Below are positions 57,355 through 64,000 of a stretch of 64,000 nucleotides of DNA, piece by piece. How positions within the stretch are numbered: the first letter of the stretch is position 1; every line of letters begins with the position of its first letter. Origin of the DNA: an uncultured bacterium (lineage in GTDB: Bacteria > Actinomycetota > Thermoleophilia > Solirubrobacterales > 70-9). Both the position numbers and the translations under genes were made by a program. The notes under the pieces were generated by a model. The model ran no database searches and had not been told where the DNA came from. It worked only from the letters and a program-made list of their open reading frames with translations. The stretch covers positions 1,824,922 to 1,888,921 of the forward strand of contig OY968768.1 in assembly GCA_963695215.1 (NCBI GenBank). The letters run 5' to 3'.

Positions 57355-57434
57355 GGCGTCAGACCGCCCACGAGCATGAGGGGTCAGACCCCGAGATTGC
57401 CCCGTGATTTGGGCCGATCGAGGGGGTCAGACCC
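57355..57434. repeat. three direct copies (one degenerate) of the GGGTCAGACCC element
   Basis: GGCGTCAGACCGCC (57355-57368, degenerate), GGGGTCAGACCCC (57380-57392) and GGGGGTCAGACCC (57422-57434). They lie in the gap between the stop at 57442 and the RumA-like start. Confidence 0.65.
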
Positions 57435-57441
57435 GCGGGCG

Positions 57442-58067
57442 TTATTTGGCGAGCCGCTTTTCGATGTCGTCGAGGATGCCCTTGCGCGCCTTGCCGCGCT
57501 TTTCCTGGGTCCTCACCTTGCGCAGGTCGGCCTTTCGCATGTCCTTCAGACGGGCCTTCACCTGGGCAGCTGACAGCCCCTCGTACCCGGAGATCGGGCT
57601 GGACCCGGCAACGCCGGCGCGACGGCGCAGGCGGTCGGCCTCTACGAGTGCGGGCTCGGCAGTGGTGCGGGCACGCTTCACGGCGCGGCTTGCGGCCTTC
57701 TCGGCGCGCTTGCGAGCGGGCGCGACGCGGGCCTCGACGCCGGAGACACGTGTCTCGATCTGCTTGCGTGCCTGTGTCGAGAAGCTTTTCGAGCTCGGCT
57801 ACCAGCTCGTCGGTCTGCTGCGCGGCCCTTCGACACGAGCGTGGAGACGGTCTTCTCCGCATCGGCACGGGTTATGCGCCCGCGCTTGACGGCGTCGTCC
57901 ATCACTTCCTGGATCCGGTCGCGGCTGAGAGTGACGCTCTTTTCGAGCGCGTCGCGAAACGCCTCGACGCTCTTGTCGCCTCGGGCGGCGGATGCCGTAC
58001 GTGCCGAGGACTTCTTCGCGGCCGGCTTTGTCTTCTTGGACTTGGCGGCCTTCTTGGTCTGCGCCAT
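57442..58067 (-). pseudogene. Lys/Ala-rich phasin-like protein with HeH/Rho_N-like C-terminal motif, frame change(s) near 57690-57860
   Basis: MAQTKKAAKSKKTKPAAKKSSARTASAARGDKSVEAFRDALEKSVTLSRDRIQEVMDDAVKRGRITRADAEKTVSTLVSKGR / AAQQTDELVAELEKLLDTGTQA / VKRARTTAEPALVEADRL..ISGYEGLSAAQVKARLKDMRKADLRKVRTQEKRGKARKGILDDIEKRLAK. Confidence 0.5.
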
Positions 58068-58107
58068 GCGCTCTCCGATCTAAGTTTGCGGGACTCTCCG
58101 GCGCACC

Positions 58108-58938
58108 CTACCCCGCGGGAGCGGCAAAGACAGCCTTGACGGGTGAGTGGTCGGAAAGTCGCACGCGAACGTCGCCGCCCCACGCCACTTCGCGAGCCTC
58201 CGGCGGCAAGGCGGCTGGGTGCTCGATCGTGTCGAGGCCGTGCACGAGCAGATGGTCGATTGAGTTGTCGTCCGTCGTCCCGGCGAGGCCGTATCGGCTG
58301 GCAACGTCGTCGAACACCCGCGTCTGGCGTGGCCTCAGGTTGAGGTCGCCTCCGAGAATGAGGGGTGAGTCGCCGGCCCACTCGAGACTCGTCTCAGAGG
58401 CTTGGCGCAGCTCAGCTTCCGCATGCGCGCGAAGAGCCGCCCCGGCGCTCAGGTGGCCGTTCGCCACACAGAGCCCGTTGGCGCAGCGCGTGAGGGCGAG
58501 GGCGCGACGCTCGGGCTTGGGGCCGGGCGCGACGACGATCTCGCGGCGCTCCGTGATGCGACCCCGCACCAGGGTGACGTTGGATCCGCCGTCGTTCGAG
58601 CCCAGGAGGTCGGGGTTGACGAGGGCGGCTAGGCGCCGGAGCGGAGCGAGGGAATTGCGCGAGGTCAGAACGAGCTGCGACTCGGCGCCAAGCCGTTCGG
58701 CAACCTCCGGGTGCCAGCGCGGGGGGAACTCCTGAAATAGCGCGATGTCCCACTCGATGCTCGCGATCACCGCGACGAACTCGTCGAGGAGGTTTCGGTT
58801 CACCTGCGCATGGGCCGCATTGCGTTCGGTGATCCGCAGGAGCTTTGAGCGCTTCGTAAACAGCGCGGGGTCCGGGGGAAAATCTCGGCCGTGAAAGAGG
58901 TTCCACGTAAGGACGCGGATGGGGTCGCCAGGGTTCAT
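58108..58938 (-). CDS. endonuclease/exonuclease/phosphatase (EEP) family protein
   Basis: 276 aa from ATG 58938: IRVLTWNLFHGRD..DIALFQEFPP..CVANGHLS..PLILGGDLNLRP..SIDHLLVHG..RLSDHSPVKAVF. The upstream 266 codons of ORF 58108-59739 are antisense to argF. Confidence 0.75.
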   Translation of the reverse strand: MNPGDPIRVLTWNLFHGRDFPPDPALFTKRSKLLRITERNAAHAQVNRNLLDEFVAVIASIEWDIALFQEFPPRWHPEVAERLGAESQLVLTSRNSLAPLRRLAALVNPDLLGSNDGGSNVTLVRGRITERREIVVAPGPKPERRALALTRCANGLCVANGHLSAGAALRAHAEAELRQASETSLEWAGDSPLILGGDLNLRPRQTRVFDDVASRYGLAGTTDDNSIDHLLVHGLDTIEHPAALPPEAREVAWGGDVRVRLSDHSPVKAVFAAPAG

Positions 58939-58962
58939 GGCTCTAGTATCGGCGCCTTTCCG

Positions 58963-59856
58963 ATGACGGCGCTCCGACACTTCCTCACCGGCACCGAGCT
59001 CGAGCCTGGCGAGTTGCTCGCGCTGATCGACCGCGGGATCGAGTTGAAGGCCGGACGCGACTCGGGCGTCGGGTCGGATTCGCTGGCCGGCAAGTCGATC
59101 GCAACCTACTTCGAGCAGCGCTCGACACGCACCCGGATCTCGTTCGGCGTTGGGATTGCGGAGCTCGGCGGCAACGCGATCTCGTTGCGAGAGGATGAGC
59201 TGCAGATCGGGCGCGGAGAGTCGATTGCCGATACGGCCCGGATGCTCTCCCGATTCGTTCACGGCGTGGTGATCCGAGCTGCGTCGCAGGCGATGGTCGA
59301 GGAGCTGGCGCAGGAGTCGGAGATCCCGGTGATCAACGGCCTGACGTCCGACCACCACCCCTGTCAGGCGATCGCCGACCTGATGACGCTCAAGGAGCGG
59401 TTCGGCGAGCTGGACGGGTTGCGCATCGCCTACGTGGGCGACGGCAACAACGTCGCCCGATCGCTCGCAGTCCTTGGCGGCATGGTGGGGGTGGATGTGG
59501 TCGTCGCCGCGCCGGAGGGCTATCAGCTGGAGGACGGCGTCGCGACCGTGCTCACCAGCGACCCGTTCGAGGCCGCCGACGGAGCGGATGCTCTCTATAC
59601 GGACGTCTGGGTAAGCCTCAACGACGACGAGGCCACGAAGGAGCGGAGGTTCGCCGCGCTCAAGCCGTACATGTTGCGAGAGGAGCTCTTGGACGCAGCG
59701 TCCGATCATGCAGTTGTGTTGCACTGCCTGCCGGCGCATCCAGGTGAGGAGATCACCGAGAGCCTCCTTTACGGGGATCGTTCAGCCGTCTGGGATCAGG
59801 CGGAGAACCGGCTTCACGCTCAGAAGTCTCTGCTTGAGCTCCTGATTCCGGCATAG
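58963..59856 (+). CDS. argF: ornithine carbamoyltransferase
   Basis: MTALRHFLTGTELEPGELLALID..YFEQRSTRTRISFGVG..VINGLTSDHHPCQAIADLMT..IAYVGDGNNVARSL..VLHCLPAHPGEEI. These include the STRTR, HPCQ and HCLP motifs. Confidence 0.92.
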   Translation: MTALRHFLTGTELEPGELLALIDRGIELKAGRDSGVGSDSLAGKSIATYFEQRSTRTRISFGVGIAELGGNAISLREDELQIGRGESIADTARMLSRFVHGVVIRAASQAMVEELAQESEIPVINGLTSDHHPCQAIADLMTLKERFGELDGLRIAYVGDGNNVARSLAVLGGMVGVDVVVAAPEGYQLEDGVATVLTSDPFEAADGADALYTDVWVSLNDDEATKERRFAALKPYMLREELLDAASDHAVVLHCLPAHPGEEITESLLYGDRSAVWDQAENRLHAQKSLLELLIPA

Positions 59857-59924
59857 GGACGCCGGACCTCCGGGTGAAGTACCGAAGTCGAAGACGGTCA
59901 CCCCCTCCTAAACTGGAGTCTCGC

Positions 59925-59996
59925 GGCCCCGTCGTCTAGTGGTTAAGACGCCAGGTTTTCATCCTGGTAACAGGGGTTCGATTCTCCTCGGGGCTA
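59925..59996 (+). tRNA. tRNA-Glu (anticodon TTC)
   Basis: Hand-folded cloverleaf. Acceptor GGCCCCG/CGGGGCT (one G-U pair), D-arm GTCT-AGTGGTTA-AGAC, anticodon stem CCAGG/CCTGG with loop TTTTCAT, T-arm AGGGG-TTCGATT-CTCCT. No CCA is encoded. Confidence 0.85.
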
Positions 59997-60018
59997 TGAA
60001 CGGTTCGATTCGACTTCC

Positions 60019-60809
60019 ATGCAGCCAGAGATCCACATCGGCCCCGTCACGCTCCAGACCTTCGGTCTGTGTTCGCGCTCGGGTTCATCGTCGCCGGTGC
60101 CGTGCTCGCGAAACGCTTCACTGAGCTGGGCAAGTCGCCCGACTGGGCGTACGAGATGGTCTTCGCTGGACTGGTTGGAGGGATGGTTGGCGCTCGGGTC
60201 GACTTCATCGCCCAGAACTGGGCCGAGGTGTCTGACGATCTGCTCGGCAACCTGTTTTCGGGCTCGGGCCTCGTGTGGTTCGGAGGCGCCATTGGCGGTG
60301 CGATCGGCGTGCTCGCGTGGGCGCGCTGGCGAAAGATTCCACTGTGGGAGATCTGCGACATCGCCGCCGTACCGCTTGCGCTGGGCTACGCGATCGGCCG
60401 CATCGGCTGTCAGCTCTCAGGTGACGGCGACTACGGAATCCCGTGGGACGGTCCGTGGGCAATGTCCTACCCGGACGGCACCGTCCCCACCACCCAGCAG
60501 GTGCACCCGACCCCCGTCTACGAGACGATTTTCGTGGGCATCATCGCCTACGGCCTCTGGCGCGTTCGCGACCGCTACAGCGTGGGCACTCTGTTCTCGA
60601 TCTACCTGGTCCTCACCGGCCTCGAGCGCCTGCTGGTCGAGTTCATCCGCCGCAACGAGAACGTGGCGTTCGGCCTCACCCAGCCTCAGCTGATCAGCGT
60701 CGCGATGATGATCTTCGGGCTCACGTGGATCGCCACCCGCGCAAGGCGAGGTGACCTGTACGCCAAGGGACAGCCCGCCGCTACGGATCGCCCGGCGCCG
60801 CAACCGTGA
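60019..60809 (+). pseudogene. lgt: prolipoprotein diacylglyceryl transferase, frame change near 60066
   Basis: MQPEIHIGPVTLQTFGL in one frame, then (V)FALGFIVAGAVLAKRF..GGAIGGAIGVLAW..ALGYAIGRIGCQLSGDGDYG..VHPTPVYETI..LTGLERLLVEFIRRNE in the next. The site looks like one missing G in CTG(G)TG. The intact part alone is 60069-60809. Confidence 0.85.
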
Positions 60810-61336
60810 GCGACGAGCCTGGGCCTCCCAATAACGAGGAGCCGGCGCCACCAGGACGGGAGCGCGTCATCTTTGCTGCCGTCGCAGCACTCGTCCTCGC
60901 TGCGATCGTGGGCGTGGTGGTAGTCACCGGCTCGTCCGGCACGGACGGTTCACAGGCTGAATCGTCGAACGCATGCATCCGGGCGTGGAACTCGGACCCG
61001 ATCGCGCCAACCCAGGACGGGATCCACGCGTACCGCTTCCACGGCTATCGCCAGACGCTCGTTACCCGCATCAACGCCGACGACCAGCTGATCGAAACCC
61101 CGGACGACTCGCTCGACCCCAACGACCCTGACGCCCGCTGCGTCGTCATCTTCGCCTCGCCGCAGCCCGACTCAGAGCTCGAGTTCGGCGTGCGCGTGTT
61201 CGAGAAGAAGCTGTGGGTCGGCCTGGCGGTCGCGGACAGGGTGCCCGTCGAGGCCATCGCCGCACTTCAGGCGCAGGCGGTCCCAACTGCGAACTCCACT
61301 CTTCAGGAGAACGGGACGATCGAGGACGACGGCTAG
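60806..61336 (+). CDS. hypothetical membrane-anchored protein
   Basis: The GTG start overlaps the lgt TGA (GTGA). It has one TM segment (VIFAAVAALVLAAIVGVVVV), then a soluble domain with two Cys residues. No family recognised. Confidence 0.5.
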   Translation: MSDEPGPPNNEEPAPPGRERVIFAAVAALVLAAIVGVVVVTGSSGTDGSQAESSNACIRAWNSDPIAPTQDGIHAYRFHGYRQTLVTRINADDQLIETPDDSLDPNDPDARCVVIFASPQPDSELEFGVRVFEKKLWVGLAVADRVPVEAIAALQAQAVPTANSTLQENGTIEDDG

Positions 61337-62088
61337 GACGAGCGCAGGAGGCCGCCGTCGATCGGGATCGTCGTTCCGGTGATGTAGGCGGCACGTTCGG
61401 AGCAGAGGAACGCGACCAGATCCCCGTACTCCTCCGGAGTGCCGAGACGGCCGGCAGGGACATCCCGCTCAGCCATCTCACGCGCCGCGTCCATCGAGCC
61501 CTGAAGCGTCGCCAGGCGATCCGTGCCGATCTTCCCCGTCGCGACGGTGTTGAGAGTCACGCCATCGCCCGCAACCTCGCGCGCGAGCGTCTTCATGTAG
61601 CCGATCGCGGCCATACGGTGGGTGTTCGAAAGGTTGAGACCCGGAATGGCCTCGATAGTCGAACTGGAGCCCACGTTCACGATTCGCCCCCAGCCGTGGG
61701 CGCGCATGTCCGGCAGCACCGCCTCGATCAGCGCCCTGGGCGCGAGCACCAGCGAGCGGTACGCGTGCTCCCACTCGTCGGTCGAGCGATCGAGAGCGCC
61801 TCCTGGCGGCGGCCCGCCCGTGTTGGTGACGAGAATCTCGACGCTGCCGCCGAACTTCTCCGAAACCTCGCCCGGGAGGCCGCCAAGACGAGCGAGATCC
61901 GAGGTGTCGGCCTCGAACGTCGCGGTCTCACCGGCGATCTCGCTCGCGGCGGCATCGAGCCGCTCGAGCGACCGGCTAGCCATCGCAACCTTGGCGCCTT
62001 CGGCGGCCAGCGAAGCCGCGATGCCTCTGCCAATTCCCTGACTCGCGCCCATCACGAGCGCGACGCGCCCCTCGATCCCGAGATCCAT
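61333..62088 (-). CDS. SDR-family oxidoreductase (FabG-like)
   Basis: MDLGIEGRVALVMGASQGIGRGIAASLAAEGAKV (TGxxxGxG-type NAD(P) site), NTGG, the catalytic region SSSTIEAIPGLNLSNTHRMAAIGYMKTLA, and a C-terminal ITGTTIPIDGG. Confidence 0.85.
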   Translation of the reverse strand: MDLGIEGRVALVMGASQGIGRGIAASLAAEGAKVAMASRSLERLDAAASEIAGETATFEADTSDLARLGGLPGEVSEKFGGSVEILVTNTGGPPPGGALDRSTDEWEHAYRSLVLAPRALIEAVLPDMRAHGWGRIVNVGSSSTIEAIPGLNLSNTHRMAAIGYMKTLAREVAGDGVTLNTVATGKIGTDRLATLQGSMDAAREMAERDVPAGRLGTPEEYGDLVAFLCSERAAYITGTTIPIDGGLLRSS

Positions 62089-62109
62089 GCGACCACAGTA
62101 CGCAAGGCA

Positions 62110-62142
62110 AAGGGCGGTCCGACTTCCTGTCGTACCGCCCTT
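62110..62142 (-). terminator. stem-loop downstream of tRNA-Val
   Basis: AAGGGCGG (62110-62117) pairs with CCGCCCTT (62135-62142), and an inner CGAC/GTCG helix is possible. It lies ~100 nt 3' of the tRNA on the minus strand. Its arms resemble the 45314-45348 hairpin. Confidence 0.35.
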
Positions 62143-62241
62143 GGCCCGAATCGCAGATCCTTGCCGGCCCCGGAGGGCGGGTCCGGCGAGGGTGACCTAT
62201 GTAACGCGCGACTTGCGAGGTTGGATCATCGAAGCGCAAAG

Positions 62242-62315
62242 TGGGCAGTGCCGGACTCGAACCGGCGACCCCCTGCGTGTAAAGCAGGTGCTCTAGCCAA
62301 CTGAGCTAACCGCCC
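62242..62315 (-). tRNA. tRNA-Val (anticodon TAC)
   Basis: The reverse complement reads GGGCGGTTAGCTCAGTTGGCTAGAGCACCTGCTTTACACGCAGGGGGTCGCCGGTTCGAGTCCGGCACTGCCCA. Acceptor GGGCGGT/ACTGCCC, anticodon stem CCTGC/GCAGG with loop TTTACAC, T-arm GCCGG-TTCGAGT-CCGGC. Confidence 0.88.
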
Positions 62316-62339
62316 ACCCGCATTGTGACGGGTGGGCGG
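62310..62339 (-). other. 10-bp perfect hairpin whose 3' arm (minus-strand sense) includes the first 6 nt of tRNA-Val
   Basis: CCGCCCACCC (62310-62319) pairs with GGGTGGGCGG (62330-62339) across a 10-nt loop. It lies 12 nt downstream of the lipoprotein gene stop (62351) and overlaps the tRNA 5' acceptor strand (62310-62315). Confidence 0.5.
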
Positions 62340-62350
62340 CTCGAGATCTC

Positions 62351-62974
62351 TCAGTCGAGCGGGACCTTCAGGTCCTTGCCGAGGTTGTCGACCGGGTCAT
62401 CGACGCACACGATGTCCGTCGTGGCGTCACCCTCGCCCACCGTCTTCGTGCTACGAGGATCGTTCGCGCACTGAACCTTGTCGATCGGCGCGCCGTTCAG
62501 GTAACCCACCACGGGGCGGTACCTAAACACCTTGCCCGCGTTGTCCGGAACGTCGAGCGTCAGCTTTACCTTGCCGTTGCTGGGGATTCCACCGGGGGGC
62601 GAGTTGGAGATGTATCCCAGCCAGTGCTGGCTCTTGTCCCTCGGAGCCTTGCGATCCATCTGCGACGAGTACGACCGAGACGGCTTGAACTTCACGTTCG
62701 GGACGTCGGTCGACGCGAACTTGTCGGGACCCCGGGTGCCATCCGGTACACGAAAGCCCAGCAGAAGCCTCGTCTCAGAGCTGCCACGTCGGGCCCTCAT
62801 CATCTGGTCCTGGCAGGCGCCCTGGTCGTAACAGAGGGCGAACTTAACCTTGACGCTCTTTCCATCGGGCGTCGCTTTGCTCTGAATCTCACCGTCGAAC
62901 GCGACGCACCCGCTGAGGCCCAAACCTCCTGCGCCGAGCGCTGCGCAAAGAATCAACTTCTGCTTCAACTTCAT
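62351..62974 (-). CDS. lipoprotein, function unknown
   Basis: MKLKQKLILCAALGAGGLGLSGC carries a lipobox (LSGC), followed by a Lys/Asp-rich mature part with six more Cys residues. It is visibly lower in GC. ATG 62974 overlaps the MBL gene TGA (ATGA). Confidence 0.7.
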   Translation of the reverse strand: MKLKQKLILCAALGAGGLGLSGCVAFDGEIQSKATPDGKSVKVKFALCYDQGACQDQMMRARRGSSETRLLLGFRVPDGTRGPDKFASTDVPNVKFKPSRSYSSQMDRKAPRDKSQHWLGYISNSPPGGIPSNGKVKLTLDVPDNAGKVFRYRPVVGYLNGAPIDKVQCANDPRSTKTVGEGDATTDIVCVDDPVDNLGKDLKVPLD

Positions 62975-63735
62975 CCCTCCTGTTTGATCTGGCTGCCTCC
63001 GACGACGGCATCCGAGCCATCGGGGAATCGCACCCATGCCTTGTTTCCACCATCGTAATCCGGGGCCCAGAGAACGAGGGTCGCCTCGTCTCGTTCCTCG
63101 GCGTCAGCAGGGCCAACCGAGACCGGCTCGGAACCCTCCTCGTCGAGACCCCGCCAGATCCGGATGAAGGGGTTCTCCTCCCACTCGGTTCCTATCGTTG
63201 TGGGCTGCTTGTGGCCGGGATGCACACGCGTCTCCGGCGGCAGCTTCATCAGCTTGTCCATGATCGAGCTCTTCAGATCCCCGAAGCCCGTCGCTCCTGG
63301 TGCCCGGGTGCCTCCGACCGTCCCCTTGAACAGGACATCGGCGGTGATCACGTCCGTGTCATCGATCTTGAGCGCGCAGTGGTCGGCGCAGTGACCCGGT
63401 GTCTCGATCACCTCGATCCGCAGATGACCCGATTCGATCACGTCTCCTTCGGTGAACGTCGTGCCGACCTTCCCCTCCAGCAGCGCCGCGGTCTTCTCGT
63501 GGCCGATGATGGGAACCCCGAAGCGCTTCGCCAGCTCCTCCATCTCAAAGACGTGGTCCCAATGGTGATGGGTTAGAACCAGGTGCGTGATCTCCGTGCC
63601 CTCGCGCTCGGCGCGCTCGGCCAGGGGGTCGGTGACGCCATTGGAGTCGACGAGCACGCCATGCCCGCCCGGCTCATCGATCACGAGGTACGCGTTGGAC
63701 AGCCACTCGGACTGTTCGACTCGCTGCAGAATCAA
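62971..63735 (-). CDS. MBL-fold metallo-hydrolase (glyoxalase II-like)
   Basis: NAYLVIDEPGGHGVLVDS, the metal motif LVLTHHHWDH, then ETPGHCADH and HPGH, with a C-terminal extension. Confidence 0.85.
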   Translation of the reverse strand: MILQRVEQSEWLSNAYLVIDEPGGHGVLVDSNGVTDPLAERAEREGTEITHLVLTHHHWDHVFEMEELAKRFGVPIIGHEKTAALLEGKVGTTFTEGDVIESGHLRIEVIETPGHCADHCALKIDDTDVITADVLFKGTVGGTRAPGATGFGDLKSSIMDKLMKLPPETRVHPGHKQPTTIGTEWEENPFIRIWRGLDEEGSEPVSVGPADAEERDEATLVLWAPDYDGGNKAWVRFPDGSDAVVGGSQIKQEG

Positions 63736-63749
63736 TATTCGGTTCCTTC

Positions 63750-64000
63750 CTAGTTGAACTCGATCACGCTGCGGATGCCGTCCTGGGCCTCCATCAGCCT
63801 GAAGCCCTTGTTGACTTCGTTCAGCGTGATTCGGTGAGAGATGAACGGATCGACGTCGATGTCGCCGGCGAGGTGCCGGTCGACGAGCGCAGGGACGCCG
63901 TCACGCCCCTTGACGCCCCCGAACGAGGAGCCGGCGACGCGGCGGCCGGTGATGAGGAAGCGCGGGATCACGTCGAGCGTTTCGCCTTTACCGGCCACAC
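63750..64000 (-). CDS. class III zinc alcohol dehydrogenase (S-(hydroxymethyl)mycothiol/glutathione dehydrogenase-like), C-terminal part only; continues beyond the window
   Basis: ..RFLITGRRVAGSSFGGVKGRDGVPALVDRHLAGDIDVDPFISHRITLNEVNKGFRLMEAQDGIRSVIEFN* is a typical class III ADH C-terminus. The frame is open to the window edge. Confidence 0.7.
   Translation of the reverse strand, partial: VAGKGETLDVIPRFLITGRRVAGSSFGGVKGRDGVPALVDRHLAGDIDVDPFISHRITLNEVNKGFRLMEAQDGIRSVIEFN

Overview
GC-rich (by eye about two-thirds G+C) bacterial chromosomal segment with an Actinomycetota-like gene set: an HspR-type dnaK operon, PIP-synthase/PimA-like/Ino1 inositol-lipid genes, and a mycothiol-type class III ADH next to an MBL hydrolase. 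In order it contains: hydrogenase maturation genes (hypA 3' end, hypB, tandem-SIS protein, hypF); a Fur-family regulator coupled to a NicO-type nickel transporter; and the de novo purine genes purN, purF, purL, purQ, purS, purC, purB, purE and purD, plus recQ. The purine genes are interrupted by co-directional accessory insertions (three multi-gene islands plus a single sulfotransferase gene). Together these carry ten PAPS-type sulfotransferase paralogues (eight with a TPST/RaxST-like layout), three paralogous GT4-like glycosyltransferases, a GT-A-like protein, a cytochrome P450, an asparagine-synthase-like PP-loop protein, and GYD and SRPBCC proteins. After these come clpB, an M29 aminopeptidase, dnaK-grpE-dnaJ-hspR, a cytochrome c, two EEP-family proteins, nth and an alpha/beta hydrolase. 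Next is an inositol-lipid cluster (PAP2_3-like, CDP-alcohol phosphatidyltransferase, ino1, PimA-like GT fused to a PHP phosphoesterase). The remainder holds UDG, a GH5 endoglycoceramidase-like gene, an LLM oxidoreductase, a RumA-like methyltransferase, a phasin-like basic protein, argF, tRNA-Glu, lgt, an SDR, tRNA-Val, a lipoprotein, an MBL hydrolase and the 3' end of a class III ADH. The main candidate for something new is the sulfotransferase/glycosyltransferase/P450 array woven into the purine operon; its acceptor cannot be read from the sequence. Important caveat: about two dozen of roughly 66 genes have interrupted reading frames as sequenced, including dnaK, grpE, purB, purC, purD and lgt. 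I read most of these as indel errors in the assembly rather than biology. They are typed 'pseudogene' only to flag the broken frame. I saw no rRNA, CRISPR array, transposase or integrase.
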